64,000 nt of DNA, taken from an uncultured Chloroflexia bacterium. Its GTDB lineage: Bacteria > Chloroflexota > Limnocylindria > QHBO01. Under the pieces are notes generated by a model. The model was not told the origin of the DNA, did not search any database, and was given only the letters and a program-made list of their open reading frames with translations. A program made the position numbers and the translations under genes. This document shows, in pieces, positions 1-9,726 of this stretch. Location: NCBI GenBank assembly GCA_963827475.1, contig CAWHAZ010000007.1:32001-96000 (forward strand), in the 5' to 3' direction. Every line of letters starts with the position of its first letter. Position 1 is the stretch's first letter.

Positions 1-665
1 GTGATGAAGTCGCCCTGCAGCCACGCGTCGTCGTCGATGACCTCGGCCGCGGCCCGCCCGCCGATCGTGGCGTGGTACGCATCGGGGAACTGGGTCGAGG
101 AGTGGTTGCCCCAGATCACGAGGTCGCGCACCTGGGCCACGGTGACCCCGGCCCGTCGGGCGAGCAGGGCCCGACCCCGCGTTTCGTCGAGCATGGTCAT
201 CGCGAACCATCGGTCCCGCGGGATGTCCGGCGCCGACCGGGAGGCGATCAGGCAGTTCGTGTTGCAGGGATTGCCCACGACCAGGACCCGGACGTCGTCG
301 GCGGCATTGGCCGCGATCGATCGGCCCTGGGCCCCGAAGATCCCGGCGTTGATCTCGAGCAGGTCCTTGCGCTCCATCCCCGCCTTGCGCGGCACCGCGC
401 CGACCAGCAACGCCCAGTTCGCGCCGCGGAATGCCTCGTCCGCGTTCGAGGTGGTGACGATGCCGCGCAGGAGCGGGAAGGCGCAGTCCTCGAGCTCCAT
501 GGCCACGCCCTCAAGGGAGGGAAGCGCCGCCTCGAGCTCCAGGAGGCGCAGCTCGACCGAGGTCGACGGTCCGAACATCTGGCCCGACGCGATGCGGAAC
601 ACGAGCGCGTAGCCGATCTGGCCGGCAGCGCCGGTCACGGCCACGGTCACGTGCTGGTCGGGCAT
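1..665 (-). CDS. mdh: Malate dehydrogenase (3' end runs off window)
   Basis: Hand translation of the minus strand gives [32 protein letters not shown]...[15 protein letters not shown]...[10 protein letters not shown]...[20 protein letters not shown] upstream of ATG at 665. Confidence 0.95.
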   Translation of the reverse strand, partial: MPDQHVTVAVTGAAGQIGYALVFRIASGQMFGPSTSVELRLLELEAALPSLEGVAMELEDCAFPLLRGIVTTSNADEAFRGANWALLVGAVPRKAGMERKDLLEINAGIFGAQGRSIAANAADDVRVLVVGNPCNTNCLIASRSAPDIPRDRWFAMTMLDETRGRALLARRAGVTVAQVRDLVIWGNHSSTQFPDAYHATIGGRAAAEVIDDDAWLQGDFI

Positions 666-699
666 CAGACCTCCTTGCGAGGCCCGAGTGTAGACCGTT

Positions 700-990
700 T
701 CAGACCTCGGTCTTGTACCCGTACCTGCGCTTGTTTCCCTGCCATGCGCTGCCACCCCACGACAGGGCGTCGGCCAGGACTCCGAGACCGATGAGGATCC
801 ACTCGGTGCCCTCGATCGCCGGACCGACCAGGACGTACATCACCAGCGTCCACGGCAGGAAGAGGAAGCCGAGGAGCGGGAGCAGGATGCCGCCCGGGAA
901 CATCTCGTTCCAGCGGACCTGGTCGGCCAGGTACCACACGATCGAGACCAGGCGAGGTCCGCCGAACAGCAGGACGATGAGCAGACACAT
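700..990 (-). CDS. Small hypothetical membrane protein (paralog of 1015-1308)
   Basis: 96 aa, about 3 hydrophobic helices, motif [20 protein letters not shown]. Confidence 0.8.
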   Translation of the reverse strand: MCLLIVLLFGGPRLVSIVWYLADQVRWNEMFPGGILLPLLGFLFLPWTLVMYVLVGPAIEGTEWILIGLGVLADALSWGGSAWQGNKRRYGYKTEV

Positions 991-1014
991 GGACGGAGAC
1001 CTCCAGGTGGGGGC

Positions 1015-1308
1015 TTACGGCGGCGTGCCGTAGCCGGGAAGACGGTCGCGCTGCTGCCAGCCGCCGCCGAACAGCGAGCCGATGTCGGCCACCACGGCCA
1101 GGACCATGGCGATCACGTCAATGGTGTCGAGGCCCTGCGGGAAGACGAGGACGTACATCAGCGTCGTCCATGGCAGGAACAGGAAGCCGAGGATGGGCAG
1201 GATCGCGTTATCGAACGTCGCCGCCCAGCGGACCTGTTCCGCCAGCCACCAGATGATGATGGCCGCGCGGGGCCCGAACAGGAACAGGCACCCAACGGCT
1301 AGGCACAT
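1015..1308 (-). CDS. Small hypothetical membrane protein (paralog of 700-990)
   Basis: 97 aa, motif [12 protein letters not shown] and QVRW shared with the neighbour. Confidence 0.8.
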   Translation of the reverse strand: MCLAVGCLFLFGPRAAIIIWWLAEQVRWAATFDNAILPILGFLFLPWTTLMYVLVFPQGLDTIDVIAMVLAVVADIGSLFGGGWQQRDRLPGYGTPP

Positions 1309-1421
1309 ATCGGATCAACCCACATGGCGCTGCCCATAATGCGGCCTGACGTGGCGCCGGGCAATGGGGATTCGGTGTGGACAATTGTCAACGGTCGGCC
1401 CCAAAGTCGGGGATAAGCCGG

Positions 1422-1451
1422 TTGCGCTGGGCGGCCGATTCTCGGTACCTT
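1422..1451 (+). promoter_or_regulatory. Putative sigma70-type promoter for candidate small RNA
   Basis: TTGCGC (1422-1427), 18 bp spacer, TACCTT (1446-1451). Predicted start near 1457-1458. Confidence 0.45.
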
Positions 1452-1457
1452 GTTGGA

Positions 1458-1533
1458 GTCCCGAAGGGGCAGCCACCGATGCCGATGAGTCACATCAGCG
1501 GCCCGGGGGCGGTCACTTCGGGACCTTTCGTTG
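1458..1533 (+). ncRNA. Candidate small structured RNA (unassigned family)
   Basis: GTCCCGAAG (1458-1466) pairs perfectly with CTTCGGGAC (1516-1524), enclosing an extended inner hairpin. Followed by CTTTCGTT. No + strand CDS upstream. Confidence 0.45.
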
Positions 1534-1539
1534 TCCCCG

Positions 1540-2214
1540 TCAGTCGTCGCCGGAGGCCGCTCCCGAGGCCGGCGGAAACGTCCCGAACTGGCGGTCGCCG
1601 GCATCCCCCAGGCCGGGCATGATGTAGCCCCGCTCGTTCAGCTGGCGGTCCACCGCCCCGACGTGGATCTCGACATCCGGATGGGCCGCGGTCAGGGTGG
1701 CGATGCCCTCCGGGGCGGCGATGAGCGACACCTGCTTGATCCGGATCGCGCCCCAGGCCTTGAGGAGATCGACCGTCGCCGCACTCGAGCCGCCGGTGGC
1801 GAGCATCGGGTCGAGGATCAGGCACGCCTGGACCGTCGCCGCGTCCGGCAGCTTGTTGTAGTACTCGACCGGCTTCAGGGTTCGCTCGTCGCGGTACAGG
1901 CCGATGTGCCACACCTCGGCCATCGGCATCAGCTCGAGCATGGCCTCGACCATGCCCAGGCCCGCGCGCAGGACCGGCACCAGGCCGACCTTGGTCGCCA
2001 GGCGGGTGCCGTCCATCGGTTCGATCGGCGTCTCCAGCCGATAGGCCTCCGTGTCGAGGTCGGCCATCGCCTCGTAGCCGAGCAGCCACGACAGCTCGCG
2101 GACGAGCTCACGGAACTTCTTGGGCTCCGTCGTGCGGTCACGCAGCAGCGACAGCTTGTGCGCGACCAGCGGATGAGTCGATGGATGGACGTTCGGCGGC
2201 ATGGCCTCGGGCAT
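1540..2214 (-). CDS. upp: Uracil phosphoribosyltransferase
   Basis: [26 protein letters not shown] motif [34 protein letters not shown] -10 just upstream of ATG 2214 (alternative ATG 2202). Confidence 0.95.
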   Translation of the reverse strand: MPEAMPPNVHPSTHPLVAHKLSLLRDRTTEPKKFRELVRELSWLLGYEAMADLDTEAYRLETPIEPMDGTRLATKVGLVPVLRAGLGMVEAMLELMPMAEVWHIGLYRDERTLKPVEYYNKLPDAATVQACLILDPMLATGGSSAATVDLLKAWGAIRIKQVSLIAAPEGIATLTAAHPDVEIHVGAVDRQLNERGYIMPGLGDAGDRQFGTFPPASGAASGDD

Positions 2215-2343
2215 CGGTCGCGATTCTATCGGCCGCCGGGTCGCGGACTTCCGCTCATTGGCACGGGCTGATAGGCTATCGGTCCCAAGTTGACATCGCG
2301 TGCGCGCGTCTCGCGTGCCCGCCGCCGCACGAGAGGTGTGCAT

Positions 2344-3018
2344 ATGGTTTTTGGGAAGCGGGGCGACGCCCCCCAGGAGGAGCTCATCGGCACCCTGTAC
2401 TCCGAGACGCCGAACGAGCCCGCTCCGACCAACTCCGGTTCGCCACCGGCGCCGGGCTCCGCCGAGCATCGCCGGGAACCCACCGAGGGCATCCTGGACT
2501 CGCACGCGCGCTTCAACGGCAAGTTCGTCAGCGACCGCGACCTGCGGATCGACGGCGAGGCGCAGGGCGAGATCGAGTGCCAGGGCACGCTCGTGCTGAG
2601 CCCGCAGGCTCGCGTCCGCGCCAGCATCAAGGCGCACAACGTGGTGATCAACGGGGACTACGAGGGCAACGTGGACTCCGGCGGCCGATTCGAGATCGGA
2701 TCCACCGGGCGCGTGAAAGGCGAGGTCAAGACCCAGGTGCTGGTCATCAAGGAAGGCGCCTTCTTCGAGGGCACCGTGGCGATGACCCGCAAGCCGACCA
2801 CTGAGGGAGGCGCAGCCGGGCCACCGACCGCATCGAGCACCGAGTCGAGCTCAGGCTCGTCGGCCAAGGCAAGCGGCGGATCGTCCGCCGCTTCCGCCAA
2901 GGCCGCCGCCGCGGCTGCGGTGGACAGCGGCATCTTCTCCAGCGAGGTGATCGCCGAGCCGACACCTGCCGCCGCCGGCAGCAGCCGGCAGCCCACCGGT
3001 CCCGGCGACGCCGACTGA
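2344..3018 (+). CDS. Bactofilin (polymer-forming cytoskeletal protein)
   Basis: Beta-helix repeats [44 protein letters not shown], with low-complexity Pro/Ser/Ala tails. GAGG RBS. Confidence 0.9.
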   Translation: MVFGKRGDAPQEELIGTLYSETPNEPAPTNSGSPPAPGSAEHRREPTEGILDSHARFNGKFVSDRDLRIDGEAQGEIECQGTLVLSPQARVRASIKAHNVVINGDYEGNVDSGGRFEIGSTGRVKGEVKTQVLVIKEGAFFEGTVAMTRKPTTEGGAAGPPTASSTESSSGSSAKASGGSSAASAKAAAAAAVDSGIFSSEVIAEPTPAAAGSSRQPTGPGDAD

Positions 3019-4076
3019 CCAGCCTGGCGCCCCGCCCCTGATCGTCGAGGTCACGCGGGGAGACCGGGTCGAGTCCCGGCACCGCGGGACCATCGCCGTC
3101 ACCGACGTCGACGGCCACCTCGTCGCCCATCTCGGAGATCCCGACGAGGTCGCCTTCCTCCGCTCGTCGGCCAAGCCCTTCCAGCTGGCGCCGTTCGTCG
3201 CGTCCGGGCACTTCGACGCGTACGACTTCCCCGATCCGGTCCAGATGCTGGCGGTCATGGCCGCCTCGCACGCCGGGGAGGACCGCCACGTCCGCCTGGT
3301 CCAGGCCGCGTTGCGCACGGGCGGGCTCACGCGGGACGCGCTTGCAGTGCGGAACCCACACCCCGTTCGACGCCGAGACGGCCCAGCGGCTGGCGCGAGA
3401 CGGGGAGCCGCCGAACGAGCTGCGCCACAACTGCTCCGGCAAGCACGCGGCGATGGTCCTCCACGCCAAGGCTGCCGGCTGGGACATCGACGACTACCGG
3501 CAGCCCGACCATCCATGCCAGCAGCTCGCCCTCGAGACGGTCGCGGCGGTCTCCGGCATCCGCAAGGGCCGGATCGGCACCGCGACCGATGGCTGCGGGG
3601 TCGTCAGCTTTGCGCTTCCCCTGCATGCCATCGCCCGGGCATTCGCCCGCCTGGCGGACCCGTCCGGACTGACCGATGTGCCCCTTCGCGGCGCGCTTAC
3701 CCGGATCCGCGACGCGATGCTCGCCTACCCGGAGCTGATCTCCGGCGAACGGCGCCAGTTCGACACCGACCTCATGCGCGCCGCACCCGGGCGGCTGGTG
3801 GCCAAGGGCGGAGCGGAGGGCCTGCGGTCGGTCGGTGCCCTGTCGGGGGCTGTGGCCGATGGCGGCGCGCTCGGGGTGGCGGTGAAGGTCGAGGACGGGG
3901 ATGCCGCCCGTCGCGCGGGGCCGGCCGCGACCTGTGAAGCGCTCCGCCAGGCCGGGGTCCTCGGCGAGGTGGAGCTCAGTCAGCTGGAGGCCTATGCCGC
4001 GGCGCCGGTCCGGGACCTGTCCCGTGGTGATGTCGTGGGGGAGGTTCGGGCCGCCTTCACGCTGGAGCGGCCCTAG
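3015..4076 (+). CDS. L-asparaginase II (Rhizobium AnsA type), frameshift near 3345, start uncertain
   Basis: VEVTRGDRVESRHRG, RSSAKPFQ, ASHAGE, HNCSGKHAAM, TDGCG, AKGGAEG, VKVEDG across two frames. Confidence 0.85.
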
Positions 4077-4831
4077 CCCAGCCAGCCGCGAACGAGCTCG
4101 GCGACCCGGACGAAGATCGGGGCCAGGACCAGCGCCGGCAGGAAGTTCGCCAACCGAACCGGCTTCAGGTCGAGAAGGCGGAACGCCACTCCCAGGAGGA
4201 TGATCCCGCCGGTGGCGGTGATGGCGAGAATGGTCACCTCGTCGAGGAGCGGCTCGAGGAGGGAGGCGAAGGCCGCGATCCCGCCCTGGATGACGAAGAT
4301 GGTGATGGCCGACAGGCCCACGCCCCACCCCAGCGCCGCGGCGAAGGCGATGGCCGCCACGCCGTCGAGCAGCGACTTGATGGCCAGCAGCTGCGCGTCG
4401 CCGGTCAGCCCGTTCTGCAGCGAGCCGAGGATGGTGAGTGGCCCGACGCAGAACACCAGGCTGGCGGTGACGAACCCCTCGGCCACACTCGACCCGGATC
4501 TCGGCTCCCCCTCGACGGCCTCCCCCCGGCCGCCCAGCCGCTCCTGGAACCAGGCGCCGAGCGCCTCGAGCCCGTCCTGCAGCCGCAGGAACTCCCCGAT
4601 GGCCACCCCCGCGAGGATCGCGGCCAGGACCGCCAGCTCGTCACCCGGCTGAGCCAGCGGGTCGGTGAAGATGCGCAGTCCGAGCGAGATCGAGATCAGG
4701 ATGGTGAAGAAGCCGAGCCCGGTAACCAGGCTCTCCTGCATCTTCTCCGGCATCCGACGGCCAATGAGCAGGCCGATCCCGGTGCCCAGCAGAACGGTGA
4801 TGACGTTCAGGATCGTGCCGCTCAGGAACAC
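4073..4831 (-). CDS. DUF554 family membrane protein
   Basis: GTILNVITVLLG, EGFVTASLVFCVGPLTILGSLQNGLTGD, KSLLDG, LANFLPAL. CACAAT -10 6 nt upstream of GTG 4831. Confidence 0.85.
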   Translation of the reverse strand: MFLSGTILNVITVLLGTGIGLLIGRRMPEKMQESLVTGLGFFTILISISLGLRIFTDPLAQPGDELAVLAAILAGVAIGEFLRLQDGLEALGAWFQERLGGRGEAVEGEPRSGSSVAEGFVTASLVFCVGPLTILGSLQNGLTGDAQLLAIKSLLDGVAAIAFAAALGWGVGLSAITIFVIQGGIAAFASLLEPLLDEVTILAITATGGIILLGVAFRLLDLKPVRLANFLPALVLAPIFVRVAELVRGWLG

Positions 4832-4979
4832 CGCCGTATTGTGGATGGTGGCGAGCGTCGTGCTCGTCCTGTGCGAGGCTATGCCTGACCCCTGAGCCCG
4901 GTGCCGCGGTCGACTCTCACGGAGCCACGTAACTGCGCACGGGGTCCGTCCGGGATCGGGCGGTACCATCGCGATACCG

Positions 4980-6496
4980 ATGAGCATGCCCACACCCTCA
5001 GCTTTCGACGGCAAACCGATCCGCGTCCGGATGGCGCCCAGCCCAACCGGGCCGCTGCATATCGGTACCGCGCGAACGAGCCTGTACAACTACCTGTTCG
5101 CGCGGCACGTCGGCGGCACCTACGTCCTGCGCATCGAGGACACCGATCTCGCCCGCAGCACGTCCGACTTCGAGCGCGACATCCTGGACAACCTCCACTG
5201 GCTGGGAATCACCTGGGACGAGGGGCCGCAGCACGCCGGTGTGGACGCCGGCGGGGAGGACATCGGTCCGTTCGGGCCCTACCGCCAGAGCCTGCGGATG
5301 GACCGATACGCCCGCGAGGCGGATCGGCTCCTCCAGAGCGGCGCCGCGTACCACTGCTGGTGCACGACCGAGGAGCTCGACGCCGTCCGCCGCGAGCAGG
5401 AGGCAAGGAAGGAAGCACCCCGCTACAACGGTCGCTGCCTGAACCTGACCGATGCCGATCGGGCGCAGTTCGAGGCCGAGGGGCGCCGGCCGGCGGTTCG
5501 CTTCCGGGTCCCGCCGGACACGATCCGCTTCGACGACCTCATCCGAGGCGAGGTGGAGTTCGACAACAGCCTGCTCGGCGACTTCGTGATCGTGCGTGCC
5601 GATGGGGTCCCGCTCTACCACTTCGTGGTCGTCATCGACGACGAGCAGATGGAGATCAGCCACGTCGTCCGGGGCGAGGACCACCTGTCCAACACGCCCA
5701 AGCACATCGCCCTGATCCGGGCGCTGGGCTATCGCGAGCCGGTGTTCGGGCACATCCCGCTCATCCTCAACCCGGATCGGTCGAAGATGAGCAAGCGCAA
5801 GTCGCAGACCGCGATCAGCGACTACCGCGCCCAGGGCTACCTGCCCGAGGCGATGGTCAACTTCCTCGCGTTCCTGGGCTGGTCCCCGGGACCGAGGAGG
5901 AGCTGTTCTCCCTGGACGAGCTGGCGGAGCGGTTCGAGATCGGGGAGGTCCACAAGGCTGGCGCCGTGTTCGACCGCGACCGGCTCGATTACCTGAACGG
6001 CGTCTACATCCGCCGACTGACCGATGCGGAGCTGGCGCTCCGGCTTCGGCCGTTCCTGCCGGATGCCCTCGACGATCCAACGCTCGCCGGGCTCGTACCG
6101 TTGGTGAAGGAGCGCATGGTGCGCCTGACCGATGCGGTCGACCTGTCGGGCTTTCTGTCGGAGCTCGACGACGTCGTCGCCAGCTGGTGGAGCGTGGAAG
6201 ACCTGCTCCCCAAGGGCCGCAACGTGACGGAGGTCTCCGGAGCGCTGGGCGTGGCCCGCGATGCGCTGGCTGAGTGCCCAGATTGGTCTGCCGAGGACCT
6301 GGAGACCGCGGCGCGGGCCGCCGCAGACGCGCTGGAGTGGAAGGCGGGCGACTTCTTCCGCCCGATTCGGATCGCGGTGACGGGGAAGGCCGTTTCGCCG
6401 CCGCTCTTCGGCTCCATGGTCCTCCTCGGCCGCGACCTTTCCCTCGCCCGGCTGGATGGAGCGCTGGAGCGGCTCCGGGCAGGAGCGCCGGCATGA
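4980..6496 (+). CDS. gltX: Glutamate--tRNA ligase (frameshift near 5890)
   Basis: RMAPSPTGPLHIG (HIGH), LRIEDTD, RGEDHLSNTPK, KMSKR. C-terminal PIRIAVTGKAVSPPLF lies in a second frame. Confidence 0.95.
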
Positions 6497-9400
6497 CCGA
6501 GACCGCGACGTCCCTCACCTGTCCGGCGTGCGGGGCCTCGAACCAGCCCGGGTCGCGGTTCTGCTCGTCCTGCGCAACGCCGATGGGAGCGGCGGCCGAG
6601 CCGGCGGCCGAGACCCGGAAGACGGTCACCGTCCTCTTCTGCGACGCCACGTCGTCGACCGCCCTCGGGGAACGGCTCGATCCGGAGTCCCTGCGCTCGG
6701 TCATGACCCGCTACTTCGACGTCATGCGCGAGGTCGATCGAGTTCCACGGTGGCGTGGTCGAGAAGTTCATCGGTGACGCGGTCATGGCCGTCTTCGGCG
6801 TGCCCACCGTCCACGAGGACGATGCGCTCCGGGCGTGCCGGGCCGCGATCGAGATCCACGACCGCCTGGGCGAGCTGGACGAGGCCATCCGGTCCGAACG
6901 CGGCGCCAGCGTGGAGTGGCGAATGGGGATTAACACCGGCGAAGTTGTCACCGGCGACGCCGTGAGCGGTCAGCGGATCGTCACCGGCGATGCGGTGAAC
7001 GTGGCGGCTCGCCTGGAGAGCGCGGCTGCTCCAGGCGAGATCCTTCTCGGTCCCGATACCTACGCCCTGGTCCGCGACGACGTCACCGCCGAGGCGGTGG
7101 AGGCGCTCTCGCTGAAGGGCAAGGCGGAGCCGGTGCCGGCCTGGCGGCTGACGGCGGTGATTGGCGCCGTCGGCCGTCGAGCACGCCCGCTGGAGGCTCC
7201 ACTTGTGGGCCGCCGCCGGCCGCTGCGCCTGCTCGACGATGCGTTCCGCGAGGCGGTCGAGGAACGGGTGTGCCACCTGTTCACGATTCTTGGCGTCGCC
7301 GGTGTGGGCAAGTCGCGGCTGGTCGACGAATTCGTGGCCTCGCTCGGCGATCAGGCCCAGGTGGCGATGGGTCGATGCCTGGCGTACGGACACGGCATCA
7401 CCTACTGGCCCGTGGCGGAGGCGATCCGACATGGCGCCGGAATTGCCGAGCGTGACGCGCCGGGAGCGACCGTGGCTCGGCTCCAGGAGGTGTTGGGCGA
7501 GGAGCCGGAAGCCGAGCGGATCGCAGTCATCGTGGGTGGTCTACTCGGGATCGAGGACAGCCCGCCGGCACCGGACGAGATGTTCTGGGCCATCCGGAAG
7601 ACCTTCGAGGCCCTGGCCCGCAGCCGACCCCTGATCCTCGTCTTCGACGACGTGCATTGGGGCGAGCCCACCTTCCTCGACCTGGTCGACCACATCGCCG
7701 AGTGGACGCGCGACGCCCCGATCCTCCTCATCGCCATGGCGCGCGCCGAGCTCCTCGAGAAGCGGCCGACGTGGGGTGGCGGCAAGCGCTGGGTGACGAC
7801 CATGTCGCTGGAACCGCTCTCCGACGTCGAGAGCGACGAGCTGGTCGCCAGCCTGCTGGGGCGCGCCGAGCTGCCGACCGAGCTGCGCTCCCAGATCAGC
7901 CACGCCGCGGAGGGGAATCCGCTCTTCGTGGAGGAGCTGCTCGGCAAGCTCATCGACGACGGTTTCCTCGTGACCTCCGGCGGCGGTTGGTCCGCGACCG
8001 GAGACCTGGCCGAACTGACTATCCCGCCCAGCATCAACGCCCTGCTCGCCGCTCGGCTGGACGGGCTCAACGGCGAAGAGCGGACGGTCATCGAGCGAGC
8101 ATCGGTGGAGGGCAAGATCTTCCACCGGGGTGCTGTCACCGAGCTGGCACCCGAACCGATGCGAGGGCAGGTCCGCGACCGGCTGGCCAGCCTGATGCGG
8201 ATGGAGCTGGTCCGTCCCGACCAGGCCTCGTTCGCGGGCGAGGAGGCCTATCGGTTCCGCCATCTGCTGATCCGCGACGCGGCCTACCAGGCGCTCGCCA
8301 AGCAGACGCGCTCTGAGCTGCACGAGCGGTTTGCCGGCTGGCTGGAGCGCGTGGCGGCCGACCGATTGGCCGAGTACGAGGAGATCGTCGCCTACCACCT
8401 CGAGCAGGCATACCGATATCGAATCGAGCTGGGTCCGCCTGACGCCCACGCCCAGGAACTCGCCCTGCGGGCCGGGACGCTGCTCGCCGACGCCGGCGAG
8501 CGGGCCAACACGCGCGCGGACGTGTCGGCGACTGTCGACCTGCTGGGTCGCGCGGTCGAACTGCTGCCCGAGGACCTCCCCCGACGGCGACGGCTTCTCT
8601 ACCCGCTCGGCATGCGGCTGCTACGACGCTGGCGATGGGCCGCGAGCCGAACGCATCCTGACCGATGCGATCGCGGAGGGCGATCGCGCCGGCGATGAAG
8701 CGGGGAGTGCGCTGGCCGCGCTCGGCTTGGCGATGGTTCGCATGTCGACGCATGCGACCGAGATGTCGGAGACGATCCGCGAAATCGAACGCGCTGGCGG
8801 GCATCCTGGAACGCGTCGGTGATGACGACGGAGCGCGCCTCGCGCGGGCCTCGATGGCCTGTTCAGCCTGTTCGCCATGGGCCGGGCGGGCGAGGCGATG
8901 CGCCGGGCACAGGCCCTCCTCGATCTCGGCGAAGGTGACGCGGAATGGGTCGCGTTGGGCGCAGAATGCGCGAGGAGGGTATCCCTGGTCTGGGGCCCAC
9001 CCCCGCGGCCGAAGCAATCGCCGAGCTTCAGCTCGCAGATGGACCGCGCCGATGGATCCGTTCGCGTTAGGCGCCAACCGCGGCCTCGGCTCGCCTGCAT
9101 CTGCTTCAGGGACGGTTCGATGAGGCCCGAAGACTGAACGCGATCGCTCGCGACGCTTTCGAGGAGCTCGGGGATCGGCATGAGCTTGCCTCGTGCCTTT
9201 GGCGTCGGAAGGCCAGATCGAGCACGCGGCTGGCAACCTCGCCGAGGCCGCTCGCCTGCTCCGGCAGGCATATGAGACCATGGCCGCCACCGGGGACCAG
9301 ACGTTCGCATCGACGCTTCGCCGTGGAGCTCGGCGAGGTCCTCGTCGACCTCGCCGAATACGACGAGGCCTGGCGCTTCGGGACGATCGCCCGCGAAACC

Positions 9401-9711
9401 TCGTCGACCGATGACGTGACCTCACAGGCGGGCGGGCGGGCGGTGCAGGCGCGGGTGCTGTCTGCGCGCGGTGACCATGCAGGCTGCGGAGGTGCTCGCC
9501 CGCGAAGCGGTGGCCATCATGGCCGCAGACCGACTACCTCGCCCAGCACGGCGATGTCCTGGTCCACCTTGGCGCGCGTTCTCCAGCGAAGCCGGGAAAG
9601 ACGGACGAGGCGGTGACCGCCGCCGCGAGGCCGTGGCGCTGTACGAGCAGAAAGGGGCGAGCCTTCTTCGTCGAGCGCACGCAGCGCCTGATCGACGAGT
9701 GGGCGAGCTGA
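6493..9711 (+). CDS. Zn-ribbon + class III nucleotide cyclase + STAND/AAA ATPase + TPR-like protein, copy 1 (multiple frameshifts)
   Basis: CPACG...FCSSCA, VLFCD, EKFIGDAVMAVFG, GDAVNVAARLE, Walker A GVAGVGKS, Walker B LVFDDVHW, GNPLFVEE, FRHLLIRDAAY. ATGA overlap with the gltX stop. Confidence 0.9.
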
Positions 9712-9726
9712 TGGACTGACGGCGGC

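Noticed and set aside
1458-1533. Assigning the hairpin to SRP RNA, Y RNA, hammerhead or fluoride riboswitch
   Set aside because: Only short partial resemblances exist, and the defining partner motifs (CAGG internal loop, bulged Ro-binding helix, CGAAA core, GGCGATGG) are absent.
4980-6496. Programmed frameshifting or pseudogenisation of gltX and other genes
   Set aside because: No shared slippery motif is present, and indels are scattered across unrelated essential genes. Sequencing error is more parsimonious.
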